DNA of 12,755 nt from positions 1 through 12,755 of the forward strand of contig CAXIUT010000285.1 of NCBI GenBank assembly GCA_964035545.1, read 5' to 3'. This document shows positions 1 to 10,471 of the stretch, piece after piece. Positions within the stretch are counted from its first letter, which is position 1, and the number at the start of each line of letters is the position of its first letter. The notes beneath the pieces were generated by a model. The model made no database searches. It was not told the origin of the DNA and was given only the letters and a program-made list of their open reading frames with translations. Source of the stretch: Bugula neritina. Taxonomy: Eukaryota > Animalia > Bryozoa. The position numbers and the translations under genes are program-made.

Positions 1-104
1 CCAACCCCAACCCCAACCCCAACCCCAACCCCAACCCCAACCCCAACCCCAACCCCAACCCCAACCCCAACCCCAACCCCAACCCCAACCCCAACCCCAA
101 CCCC
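1..104 (-). repeat. Left telomere, (CCCCAA)n
   Basis: Perfect C4A2 repeats from base 1 to 104, in the orientation expected for a natural left chromosome end. Confidence 0.98.
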
Positions 105-146
105 GATATGTGATTATTAAATATCGATATGAGATTTATTAAATAT
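104..146. repeat. Imperfect 21/22-nt tandem duplication abutting the left telomere
   Basis: cgatatgtgattattaaatat (104-124) is followed directly by cgatatgagatttattaaatat (125-146). Confidence 0.8.
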
Positions 147-190
147 AGTATTCAAATAATATTAAATTATTTATTAACAAATAAACATAA

Positions 191-1660
191 TCATCCAACC
201 CAAATTCCTTCTTTAGTGATCTTGATCTTGCTACTGCCTTTCTTAACTTTGAACCTCTCACCAATTGGATAAGTTTGAAATTCAAATAGTCCTTCTAACA
301 TTGCGTATTTTACCAAATTAGGCTATTCAACAATATTATCGTCAACAATGTTAAATTTCAAATTGCTTATACTTTGAGCCCTTTCATAAACAGTCAAAGA
401 ATCTTAATTTCTAGCTTATAATTAAATTTAGTAAAAAATAGTTGGCTAAAAGTCTATTTTAAAATTTAGTTACTTAAGAAAGTATAGTTAGACGTGTCAG
501 AAACAGATAAAATTCCTTCACATGACCAGATAAATTCAACAGTGACGTTTTTGTTAGGCTAAAATATAAGATTTTGATAAGAAAGGACACTACATATAAT
601 TTGTGTATCTTCAAGATATTTGCTGGGATACTTCTAAACCAAATTTGGAATAATATACTCATAATCGATTAATCTAAATCTAAAACTTCTTGTTCTCATG
701 TTAGTTCTATTTGAAACTATATTTCTCCATCCAATGTAGTTGCTTATTGAATATTAGATGAAATTTTGAACGAACTATTTTGTTATCAAAAGATTGAAGC
801 CATCTTCTGATAAAGGAAGATATTCAGGAAAGTGTGATGCAGCTTGAACAGTACCAATCATTTGATTAACTATCTATGAACTGTTGACAAAATCAGTTTT
901 GATTGTGCTTACATTGACATCCATGGTGAAATTTTTGTAGGATGTATAAACGTAAGGATTAGTTAAGTATATCTAACTGAAGTGTTCAGTTTATGTATTG
1001 TTTTGCATAAGTTCTTTGATTTTTCCAAATATTTTATTTAATTCTGCATAAACTGACTTAGATTCACTGTTATAAATAGCTTATTTTATTCTACTTATAT
1101 CTTTATCTGAAGGTTTATCACTGCATACAGGATTGCTCTTAAAGTTGTTGGCACCAAACGAGAGATTATAGTTTGAAATTATTGTATTTCCAGTATTTGG
1201 ATCTATTTCCTTCATAACTTGATATTTACTTTTGTGTAATTATTTGAAACATCAGAACTCAACCTATAAGAACATTTATATGAAGAAGAACCAATAGTAT
1301 GAGTAACTTTTGCATTAAAGGTAAAGTTAACTGTAAAACTATCGTTTTTTATGTCAACTTTGATTGGAGTCAAACTATATTATTGCACAATTACTAGGTC
1401 GGAATTGAGTGGTTTGTATAAACAACACTAAAAACAGTTTGATTGATTGTTACTGTACTAGTATTGACTGTTCCTATTGTTATATTTTTGAGTTGATTGT
1501 TTACTACATTCATAAGATCATTAGTTTTTACCTGAAAATCATCAATATATTAGACAAGTAAAGGTAATTTCATGTCTTATTTGTTTTCAGGTCTGCTTAC
1601 ACTTATAGCTAGGGATTGTAGGGTCAGTGAAAGAATGAGGATAGTGAAGAATATCTTCAT
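191..1660 (-). CDS. Secreted ~469-aa protein, probably BPI/LBP/CETP (TULIP) lipid-binding family
   Basis: ATG at 1660 begins a hydrophobic signal peptide MKIFFTILILSLTLQSLA. Three 20-nt GT-AG introns (1375-1394, 1210-1229, 454-473) restore one frame to TGA at 191-193 (1410 nt spliced). The protein has many N-x-S/T sequons and is beta-rich. The segment YIIPNLVEKYPSK resembles the BPI C-domain 'LPEVAKKFPN' segment, and the length fits two BPI domains. The gene model is solid; the family call is by eye (about 0.5). Confidence 0.75.
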
Positions 1661-1718
1661 TGTTGTAGAATTAATATCATTAAAGAATAAGCTATGATTC
1701 AATATATATTTAAATCGT
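1661..1718. promoter_or_regulatory. Putative 58-bp bidirectional promoter/5' UTR region
   Basis: Only 58 nt separate the divergent ATGs at 1660 (-) and 1719 (+). Inferred from position only. Confidence 0.5.
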
Positions 1719-3924
1719 ATGTCTAAGCGACCATTCAATAAAGTAACTATTTCCTTACCTAGATAAGAAAAATCTAAAAAAAGTAAAATCAGCAAGGCTA
1801 AGAAGAAAATAGATAGTAATTCAAAGAGTAAAACAAAGATATGGACATTGGTAAACCTCCTCTGGTACCTGGTAATAAAAAACGCATTAACATCATCAAC
1901 CCAGATGCACTAAAAAATAATGAAGAAAATCATAAATAGCAGGAACCAAAGATATCATTGGGTTCTAAGCCAAATCTTTTCAAAGGAAAAAGATAATCCA
2001 AACATTTGATGAATAATCGTTAAAGTTCTCAAAGATAGCAAAGGTAGTCAGTTTAAAAAAGCTATAGTGAAGTGCCTAAACCTACTCCAACTGTTTTGAA
2101 AAAGCGAGGAAATTTAGATTTTAGACATAGATAAAGATAAAATATTGTTATTTAAGATGAAGAACAATCAATGAATTTTAGAGCTGAATAAAGCAAAGAA
2201 CTTAATGTAGATTAGTCAACTAATCGTCTCAGAAAACCAGATTTAAAAATAAAACGGCTTACTCCCAGAAGATAATACACATAAAACAAAGATATAGCCT
2301 AATAAAGTTCACAATTCAACAAATCTAGTGAGAATAATTCTATTTTCCCTGTCCAAACTTACCAACCTCTTGCAGATGTTGAAAAAAGAGAAATACAACT
2401 ACAACCTACAGGTATTTCTTAAGGAAAAATTGATAAACAAAAGAAAAGAAGTGAAGAGCTAAGCCATCTTCTTAACCTTGAAATAGATCTCTATTAACAA
2501 ACTCTTTCCATAGGAAATATTACTTCCTATGAAATATATATCAATAAAATTAAAGGAGGATTCCTTAAAAACTCATTAGATCAGTCTTTTGATTAAAAAA
2601 CTGATGACGGCTGTCAAACACCTTCGTTTTAATATGCTGACTTCACAAATCAATGTCCTCAAGATTATTCAACTGACATCAATAAGATACAAACTAGTGA
2701 TACTTAACATCTTTTTGATCAGTTCATCTTGAAGATATCTCCTATTATTGAAGAACTTATCCAACCTACTAATACTATCTCAGAGCCACCTATTTTTCTC
2801 CTTGCTTTCAGACCCACCTTTAAAGCCTTTATTAAATGTCCTTATCCTATTTTCATCTACAGATCTGAATAATTTCATCTTGATTTAATTGTAATCGGTT
2901 AAAAATTATACATTGCATAAGGGTAAATATAATCTGTCTTGATGATTGGGAAAAGTTTGATTGCGGGGATGAAAAATGGATATCTAATGCTCTGGAATGG
3001 ATAGAATAACAAAAGTAGTCGTCTTTATCATCAAATCAAATAATATACTAATACAACAAACTTTGAATTACCTTCATATTGTACACATCATTTGGAAAAG
3101 TTTTCTCCTTTTATAAGTTAGTATCCAATCGTCAGTCTTCTCTATGAATAAAGATCTGAATTTATTAGTCTTGATAGTAGCGGAAAAATAGTTAAATGGA
3201 ATATTGAAGAAGATAAAAAGGATTATCAAGCACTTAAACCAACAAGTGTAACATAATTACGTCATCTTGTTCAAAGAAAATCTCTGAAAGCCCATACAAT
3301 AAAGCGCAGAGGTGATAGGTACTTATATTTTAACCAAGTTTTTACATAAATACATCAATAGGAATCATAATAATGCAAAATAATGAAATACGACAGAGGT
3401 TAGAGAGCTAAGACTAAAAGATAATATCATTTGAATTGCCAAAGCGATCGCCTCTTGTCTATACCATTACAGAAGGAAATCAACTGCATATCTATAATGA
3501 ACTTTATTCACATTATCTTATGAGTATCAGTATGGCTGTAGGAAATTAAAAATTGAGACAGATAATCATTCCATAACTTTAGCATGATAACAGATAGATA
3601 TTTTTCTTGTCAACTTTATATCTAACAGATACTGCTGGCAAGATCTACTAGATTAAATTGTTAGAAAATCAGTGTGAATACGTAAAACAACTTGGAGAAG
3701 AATAATTTGATTCAAGAAAGGATAAAAATGTGATATTCCGAGGAGTTAATAGAGCAGGGTAGACTCTTGAGACTCTTCGCTTGATGCGTGATCTAAAAGT
3801 TTAGAAAGAATCACTCCATATGAATGTAAATATGGAGAAATCTGTTCCTAATTTAAAATCAATAATATAAAAGAATAGAGAGCTAATGACTTTATTATAA
3901 ATGTAAAGTTCAGTCATGATTTGA
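1719..3924 (+). CDS. WDR60: Cytoplasmic dynein-2 intermediate chain 1 (WDR60/FAP163)-like protein, ~721 aa
   Basis: 20-nt introns at 1743-1762 and 3319-3338 give 2166 nt spliced, ending in TGA at 3922-3924. A charged N-terminus is followed by KQKKRSEELSHLLNLE...SYEIYINKI...GCQT...TNQCP...FDQFILKISPIIEELI. The WD region includes LIAGMKNGYLMLWN...PSYCT...FISLDSSGKIVKW. This matches the order of the WDR60 conserved blocks as I recall them. Confidence 0.8.
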
Positions 3925-4677
3925 AACACTAGATTGACTATATTTATAATTAATAAATAAATACTATCAAAAAACTTAGAAAAATATGCATAGCTAAAGT
4001 TTTCCAGATTTAATACTTTGCTAACGACACATAAATCAGGTTAGTCGATCAAATAATCGTTGATTTGGCTAATAATTAAGACTTTCAAGATCGGATTGTT
4101 ATTTTTGAATGATCTTTTTGACTTAAGAATATGATAAGTTTGAATATTTATTAATGCTATTCGAACCATTAGAGTTTACTAGTTAGTTTTAGATTGAAAA
4201 GTATTAATAATCTATCAATATTTTTTGAACTTACCATAATCTTTTTTACATATTTTTTTAATTGAAAGAGTATATTCTGTAATTTGAATAACTATTCAAA
4301 ATGAGCAAAGAAATTAAAACAAAATTTATCTTCTTTTTGAGAGAAATCAGATTAATTTAGTTTAAATATGGAAATGATAATCCTGGAATCTGACCTCAAT
4401 AAAATACTAGAAAGGTTTGAAAAGATTCTAAATCAGGTAAGAGAGGTTTCTCAATTGAAAGACAAGATATTTAGCGATTTTACTATTTATATTAATCATT
4501 TAGAAAGAAGGTGTCAACAGATATTATTTTGAAATTAGTATTATTTAGCAATTAAATCTAGTAATTTCAAAATTGTTTAATTTATTTCAAATCATATAAG
4601 TTATTTTTTTGATATTTTAAAGATTTTAAGTCAAAGTTAGATGTATTTTTTCGAATAAGATTATTGAGGGATGATAA

Positions 4678-5642
4678 TCAGAGTCCTCCTTCGATTTACT
4701 CACCATGAACTAGGGCTGACTTGAACTTCCAGATGGAATGGTAGTCCTGGACATGAGGGAATTTCTTTTTAGCATAAGTCATCACCTATTTGGCCACTAA
4801 TTCCTGAACTGTTCCTTCAATTGGCACATACTTGCATTCAGCTGAAGCGAAATGGCAACACATAGATTTTCTGAAACCTTGAGATCTGTTGATTCCTGAG
4901 CCATGAATCAAAAGGGGGTGGAAAAATACGATATCGCCCTTCTTCATAATAAGATCGATCTTTTCTCCTGAAAACTTTTCATGTTCTTTAATTCCAAAGT
5001 ATGCTTTATTAACTTCTCCATCATCAGGGTAAGAGTGCTCATAGAAACGTCCAAGATGAGTTTTGGGGAAAACATGTAGACTTCCATTTTATACTGTACT
5101 GTCTTGAAGAGCAGCCCAGGCAGCCACAATGTTATCAGCAGGACCGAAGGGGAAATAAGCTAAGTCTTGATGGTAAGGATGTCTTGAGCTGACTCCCATA
5201 TTTGGAGGTTTATTGATAAACATAGTATGAACAGACTTGATGTTATTTCCACAGAAGCTTTTCAAGTAAGGGAAAATATCTTCATTTGTGCAGTAAGTTT
5301 GAAGGATATCATCGAACTGGAAGTCTTGGATCTTTGTGATATTTTGTTCTCCAATTAAATCTTTGTATTCTTTGTTTTTCTTGGCAAGTGAGATATCACG
5401 TACAATTTGCATTCCTGGTAAACTAGATTAAATATAACTTACGGAGGTTTTTCTTTGTTGCAAAACTCTTTGAAACGGGTCACCCATTGATCGATTTTAT
5501 CATGCTTGAGGAAGTCTCGAATAACGAGGTAGCCATTTTCCTCATAGAACTTGCGTTGTTCCATGGTGAGACACCCTTTATCAGTGGTATACCTGAGTTT
5601 TGGTTGTCCTAAATCTCCTTGAATTTTTTGTAATCTGTCCAT
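4678..5642 (-). CDS. PHYH: Phytanoyl-CoA dioxygenase (PhyH, Fe(II)/2-oxoglutarate dependent), ~314 aa
   Basis: ATG at 5642, one 20-nt intron at 5423-5442, TGA at 4678-4680. Motifs: EQRKFYEENGYLVI, HTMFINKPP, RHPYHQDLAYFPFGP (HxD), MKKGDIVFFHPLLIHGSG (distal His), GFRKSMCCHFAS (2-OG-binding Arg). Confidence 0.95.
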
Positions 5643-5820
5643 GACGTAATACAATAAAATGATAATTAGATATGTTCTATTATCTAATCAATTTATATCG
5701 AGAGTTATTCAATAAATCAATTTTTCACAAACTAGAATTATTGAAGTTTAAAAAAGGAAGATTTTCGGTAGAACTTAGCTTCCATAGTGAAAGATTGAAA
5801 TGTTAAAAAAATATTAAAAA

Positions 5821-6494
5821 TCATGGTAGTTTTAATCTTTTTAGTTCGCTTTTTAAAACAATTTTTGTTGCAGAAAGGGAGTAAACATCTTGAGTTGATT
5901 TTCTTTTTTACTTTTTTTGAGATCTTCGATTAAAAAAATTAACCTATGTCATTTTGATATTTCCATCTATTTTTTTTTCAGAAAAATCGTTCTTGTTTTA
6001 ATTTTTTCTTTATCTATCCTTGAGTAACTTTTCTGAATATTTTTTTGATACTATATCAGGTTTAAATGGGCATTATTTAGTTTCCTATTTTTTCTTTTCA
6101 AGTTTCATTGTCTTACAAAACTCTTATTTTTCTTGTGTTCTTGATAAAGGAAGATGTACGAAGCTGTTTGTCTCTACCAAAAAGTACTTTTGATTTTATA
6201 TCTTGGAGAATTCGACACTTTAGGAGAAAAAATTAATCTAGAAAACTCTTCATCTTCTTTTTTCTCTTTCTCTTTACGTAACATTTCAATGTGTTTTTTC
6301 ATTTCTTCATGCTTTTCGTAAATATTATCGATTAAACGGTCTATTCTTTGATTTTTATTATCTTTGACATTCTTTGAAGGTGATCTTTTAGTAAGAACAG
6401 GTGAAGATTCACCTTTCTGATTGGAATTATTATTGAGATAAGAAGCTTTTTTGTTAGTTTAGACTTTTTTCTTCGAGAATATTTAGTTCATCAT
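5821..6494 (-). CDS. Hypothetical Lys/Glu-rich protein, ~217 aa, with FSPKV and ECPFKPDI motifs
   Basis: ATG at 6494 and TGA at 5821-5823. A 20-nt intron at 6140-6159 joins the two open segments. Coiled-coil-like stretches end in F-x-P motifs of the 'ECTFKPxI' type common in protist proteins. Confidence 0.75.
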
Positions 6495-6558
6495 TTAATA
6501 ACTATGATTTTGTTATTATTGAAAAGTAAGATTATTTAATTTTAAATTTATATTTAAC

Positions 6559-6683
6559 GGGGTTGGGGTTGGGGTTGGGGTTGGGGTTGGGGTTGGGGTT
6601 GGGGTTGGGGTTGGGGTTGGGGTTGGGGTTGGGGTTGGGGTTGGGGTTGGGGTTGGGGTTGGGGTTGGGGTTGGGGTTGGGTT
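6559..6683 (+). repeat. Telomeric tract (GGGGTT)n, right end of the first minichromosome, internal in this window
   Basis: 125 nt of G4T2; the last unit is a 3-G variant (ttgggtt) followed by ccaaaac. Confidence 0.97.
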
Positions 6684-7408
6684 CCAAAACCTTAATTTGT
6701 ATCGATTGTAAACGCTTGAATTTTACTATTTCTCACCCAATTGAATTTCTTATCACTATAGTGTTTCTCATTTGAATAGTTTTGTCTTCCTTGTGACAAA
6801 TCTCGATAGTTGGTATAATTATATCTAGAAGCAGAGTTTTCCAAATAGATATTTTTATCTTTTTGGTATCTAGTCTGAGATAATATCTTGTGTCTCGGAT
6901 GTTCTTAACTTTGAAAACAGGCTTATTTTAGTTATTTTACTGTTTTTTTCAAGGAATTTATCTCCCTCATACAAGATTCAAGAGATATAGTTCCATAGTT
7001 AGATGTATTATTTTTTCTTTAATTGGATTTAAATTTATTGTTTGAAGAAGGCTGAAGGTAATTATTTGTATTTTTGTTAGGAGTTAAGTATTTTGATTGT
7101 TCAAGAGTCTGACTTGTGATCATTTTTTCTTGACTTACTTCATCTTTTTTGGCTATTTTTTTCTTTAAAAGTTTAAAATTCATTGTCTACTTTGTTTCTG
7201 TACTATTTTGCTTATTTTAAATAGCTTGTATCTTTTTAATATTAGACTCTAACCTTTTACTGATCTCATGAAATTTATCTCCTTCTGATTAATTGCCAAT
7301 CATGATATCGTTGTTGAGTTTATTATTGAGTAATTTAGTTTAAACTTCACTAAGTGGGCTTTCAATAAAGGTAATTTTGATTTAATGTTCTGGTTTTAAA
7401 TGGTTCAT
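6684..7408 (-). CDS. Hypothetical low-complexity (N/K/S-rich) protein, 3'-truncated at the telomere junction
   Basis: ATG at 7408 (MNHLKPEH...) begins a TGA-free frame of ~241 codons that runs straight into the telomere tract (...[13 protein letters not shown]). There is no native stop codon. Confidence 0.7.
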
Positions 7409-7473
7409 CTTTTTGAATATTCAATAAATTATATCCATATTATTGATTTTAAATAAAAAATAAAATCATTAAA

Positions 7474-7548
7474 GGGGTTGGGGTTGGGGTTGGGGTTGGG
7501 GTTGGGGTTGGGGTTGGGGTTGGGGTTGGGGTTGGGGTTGGGGTTGGG
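7474..7548 (+). repeat. Internal telomeric tract (GGGGTT)n
   Basis: 75 nt of G4T2 ending in ttggg, followed by aatatattc. Confidence 0.97.
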
Positions 7549-7725
7549 AATATATTCAAAATTAGAAATAAATACTGATTTTATTTTTCAACTTCTTATT
7601 TTATCTCTTTAAAGAAGTTGTAGGGTTCTTCAAAAAAAATATTTTAAGGAATTTAAACTTCTTATTTTTTATTGATCCTAAAAGAATAAATATGTTAAAT
7701 ATTGATTTAGCATCAGGTCAGTCTA

Positions 7726-9066
7726 TCAAGGTAAGTATCTCTATTTCAAAAAACAATTTACAATAACTGAGACTTCCCTTCTTTTATCTTTTGCCATCAT
7801 AAATCCAGCTCCTCGTACTGAGGCAAAGGTTAATCCTTTTACCTTCCAAAACATTCCTCCAACTTGATCTTCACCTTTTTTATTTCCAACTTTCCACCAC
7901 TATCTCCATTCTATTTCAGTTTAAAGTTATAATTCATCAACCAGACGAGTAAGCCAGGCAAGAGTACCAGTAATCGGAACACTACCATCCACATCTCCAG
8001 ATGTAACCCATAATCGTATATTTTCTTTAATTAGTAAAGGATAAATCCAATAGCTAGAATTTGTAAACATTTTGTAATTTTTCTTTACTTCTTGATTACA
8101 AGGTTCAAAAGTTTTATAATTTACATGTAAAGCCCTTTGAATATCAAAAGTATTAAAAAATTGGATCATACCTATCCTGTCTTAGCATTGCTAATTAGTC
8201 TAAGATAAAATCTCTTTACTATTTGACACCTAGAAACACTTTGAATATAAATTTAGAAGACTACTGTTACTTTGATTAAATTGTTTATCTGCAGCTTGTC
8301 GAATATAATAGCAAGAAGGTTACAAATAATCTTTTTTTTAACATTCAGATTTAATCGAATTAAACAATTGTTAAGAGTAAAATCCATGGATGTAAAGATT
8401 CTCATAAGTGTAAATCGATCTACAAGAATCACTACTTTATACTGCTGATTGGTAACATTCACGAGGATCAGTGCAGGCATTGTTAACCATCATGCCTTTC
8501 AAGTTGATTTTTAGTTAAACTTCTGATTACTTATTCTTTTTGATGATTTAGTTGGCAAGATAAGGGAGGTATACTCCTGCATAGCCTGATCCAGCAAGAA
8601 AGAATTCATTGTTTAGGAGGTTTGGAAATTTTTTGAAAAAAGAAATCAAAGCATTATAGTTATCTTCAGCAGTAGTTCCATCATTTATTTCTCCTTTACG
8701 AGTAGATTTACTAAATCCTACATTTCCAGGAGAAGATATGTAAAGAAGGTTTGCATTCATGTTCCAGGCATATTAATTGATTTTGAAAAATGTTGTATTT
8801 TAGACAAAGAAAAATGGTCCATTTTCGTAAACCATTCCAAGTAGACTGGAACAGCCGGGACCTCCGTTGAGCCAGAGAATAACAGGATCTTTTTCTGGAA
8901 AATTTTGTGAGTCAAAAAAGACATAATGAAAAGAACTTTAGGAGAAATTAAGATAGCCAGAGTACCACTTGTGAGAATACCCTGCGATTGATAGTGTAAC
9001 TTAATCTTCAATGGGAACTGATAAAGCTAGTAAGATGAGCGATGTAAGAAGTAGATATTTATTCAT
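7726..9066 (-). CDS. Serine carboxypeptidase S10-family homologue, ~446 aa, predicted catalytically inactive
   Basis: Intronless 1341-nt frame from ATG 9066 to TGA 7726-7728, with a signal peptide. Motifs: [63 protein letters not shown]. The nucleophile motif reads GSGYAG and the His motif reads GAGF. Confidence 0.93.
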
Positions 9067-9507
9067 TTAGAGAATAACTAAGATATTAATATGAGATTGA
9101 ATTGCTATTTACAATGATTTGATGTTTAAATTTCTTTATTGATAATTTTACAAATTTATTACAAATAAAGCTTTTTAAATTTATCAGTTATTTTTTGAAA
9201 AGTATAAAATAGATATTATTCAAAACATTTGATCAAACCTCGTATTATTATACGAATAGTTTATAATTTGTATGAGAAATAGAATAATAGACTTTAGAAA
9301 TTTAATAAAAAGTCTATATTTTTTTAAACAATTATTTATGATGAAATTTCCATAATAATTTGAACAAACAACATAATTCTTATTCTTTTGATTATTACTT
9401 TGTTAATATTTAACTGTCATATTCTGATCAAATACGATGTACTAAACTATAAAATCCTAGTTAAACTCTAATTGTAGTAATATTAAATCAAATACATTTA
9501 TTCAAGT

Positions 9508-10353
9508 ATGACTGAATCAAATGGCTAGCCTCGTAACTGGGTGTAAATCCTTGAATAAGACAATAAGTTCAGGGTTTGTAAGGATGATAAACTCATCATT
9601 CACTAATACAACCTTAGTTATTTTTCATTAATGAAGTTGGTTTATCTATTGTTTCAGAATAAATTCAATAAATTATCAAAACTATCAACTAGAATGAATA
9701 AAACTATGAATAGGCAGTTCTACTAAAAGTCAATTTCTGTAATTAATTCATAAAAAAGGGGTCAACTCAATGGGCAATATTGGATGTAAGCATCTTGTTT
9801 CAAATGCAAGGTGGTCTAACTTGGTCAAACTTGACATTGGTAACTTTTTATCTGAAATAGACTAAAATAATATTCAAGATAAAGGTTGTAAGCAATTATC
9901 GAAAGCTGTAGAATGGAAAATATTATCAGAGCTTAGATTAAGTATAGCTTTTTTTTAAATAGGTTGGAACAATATAGGATAAAAAGGAGTGAAATATCTC
10001 ACCAAGGCAGCTCAGAGGGAATCTATGAACTAGATCTATATTCGTATAAGTGTTGTTAAATAGCTTATAATAAGGTAGGAAATAAGGGATGCAAACATTT
10101 CGGGAAAGAATCTGGATGGATCAATCTGAAATAACTTTGGATGAGTATTTTTATATTTTAAATAGGTGATAATAACATCAGGGAGCAGGGATGTATGTAC
10201 TTGGCTCAAGTTAATGAATGGAATAAGATGAAAACTTTTAGATTTTGTATCTTTATTTGTTATTTAGGGAACAATAAAATTGGTAAAGTTGGATATTCCT
10301 ATTTGTCTCGTCTTAAAGGGGAAATTAAGTACTACAAATGGGATATAAATTGA
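9508..10353 (+). CDS. Leucine-rich-repeat protein (RI-like repeats, 27 aa each), ~233 aa
   Basis: Seven phase-1 introns: 9617-9636, 9739-9758, 9840-9860, 9942-9962, 10044-10063, 10145-10165, 10247-10267. Five internal exons are exactly 81 nt and each encodes xNxIxxxGCxxL...WxxLxxLxL. Spliced length is 702 nt, ending in TGA at 10351-10353. Confidence 0.88.
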
Positions 10354-10471
10354 TTATCGCCTTTATTTTCTTTATCATAACTATCTTTAGTCATTTTTTT
10401 ATCAATTAAATGAATATTATTGATAAATAACCTTTTATATTAATGTAAGCTTATTGATTGTAATAATAAGG

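Noticed and set aside
474-662. ORF-track 62-aa protein (also 4944-5129, 8253-8480 and 8757-9011)
   Set aside because: These are out-of-frame shadows inside real genes once TAA/TAG are read as sense codons.
3399-3420. Possible 22-nt intron gttagagagctaagactaaaag in the WDR60-like gene
   Set aside because: The frame is open to 3924 without it, and splicing it leads to an early TGA.
5756-5784. Weak hairpin ggaag...cttcc between PHYH and the next gene
   Set aside because: Only a 5-bp stem with poor internal pairing and no recognisable RNA family features.
6563-6775. ORF-track protein MGLGLGLG...
   Set aside because: It is a translation of the telomere tract from a TTG start, not a gene.
7444-7468. 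8-bp inverted repeat tgatttta...taaaatca just inside a telomere
   Set aside because: Short and almost entirely A/T, so expected by chance, and not seen at the other ends.
7726-9066. Calling the S10, PHYH and other genes pseudogenes because of in-frame TAA/TAG
   Set aside because: Frames stay continuous through these codons with family motifs intact, and all complete genes end in TGA. This is codon reassignment.
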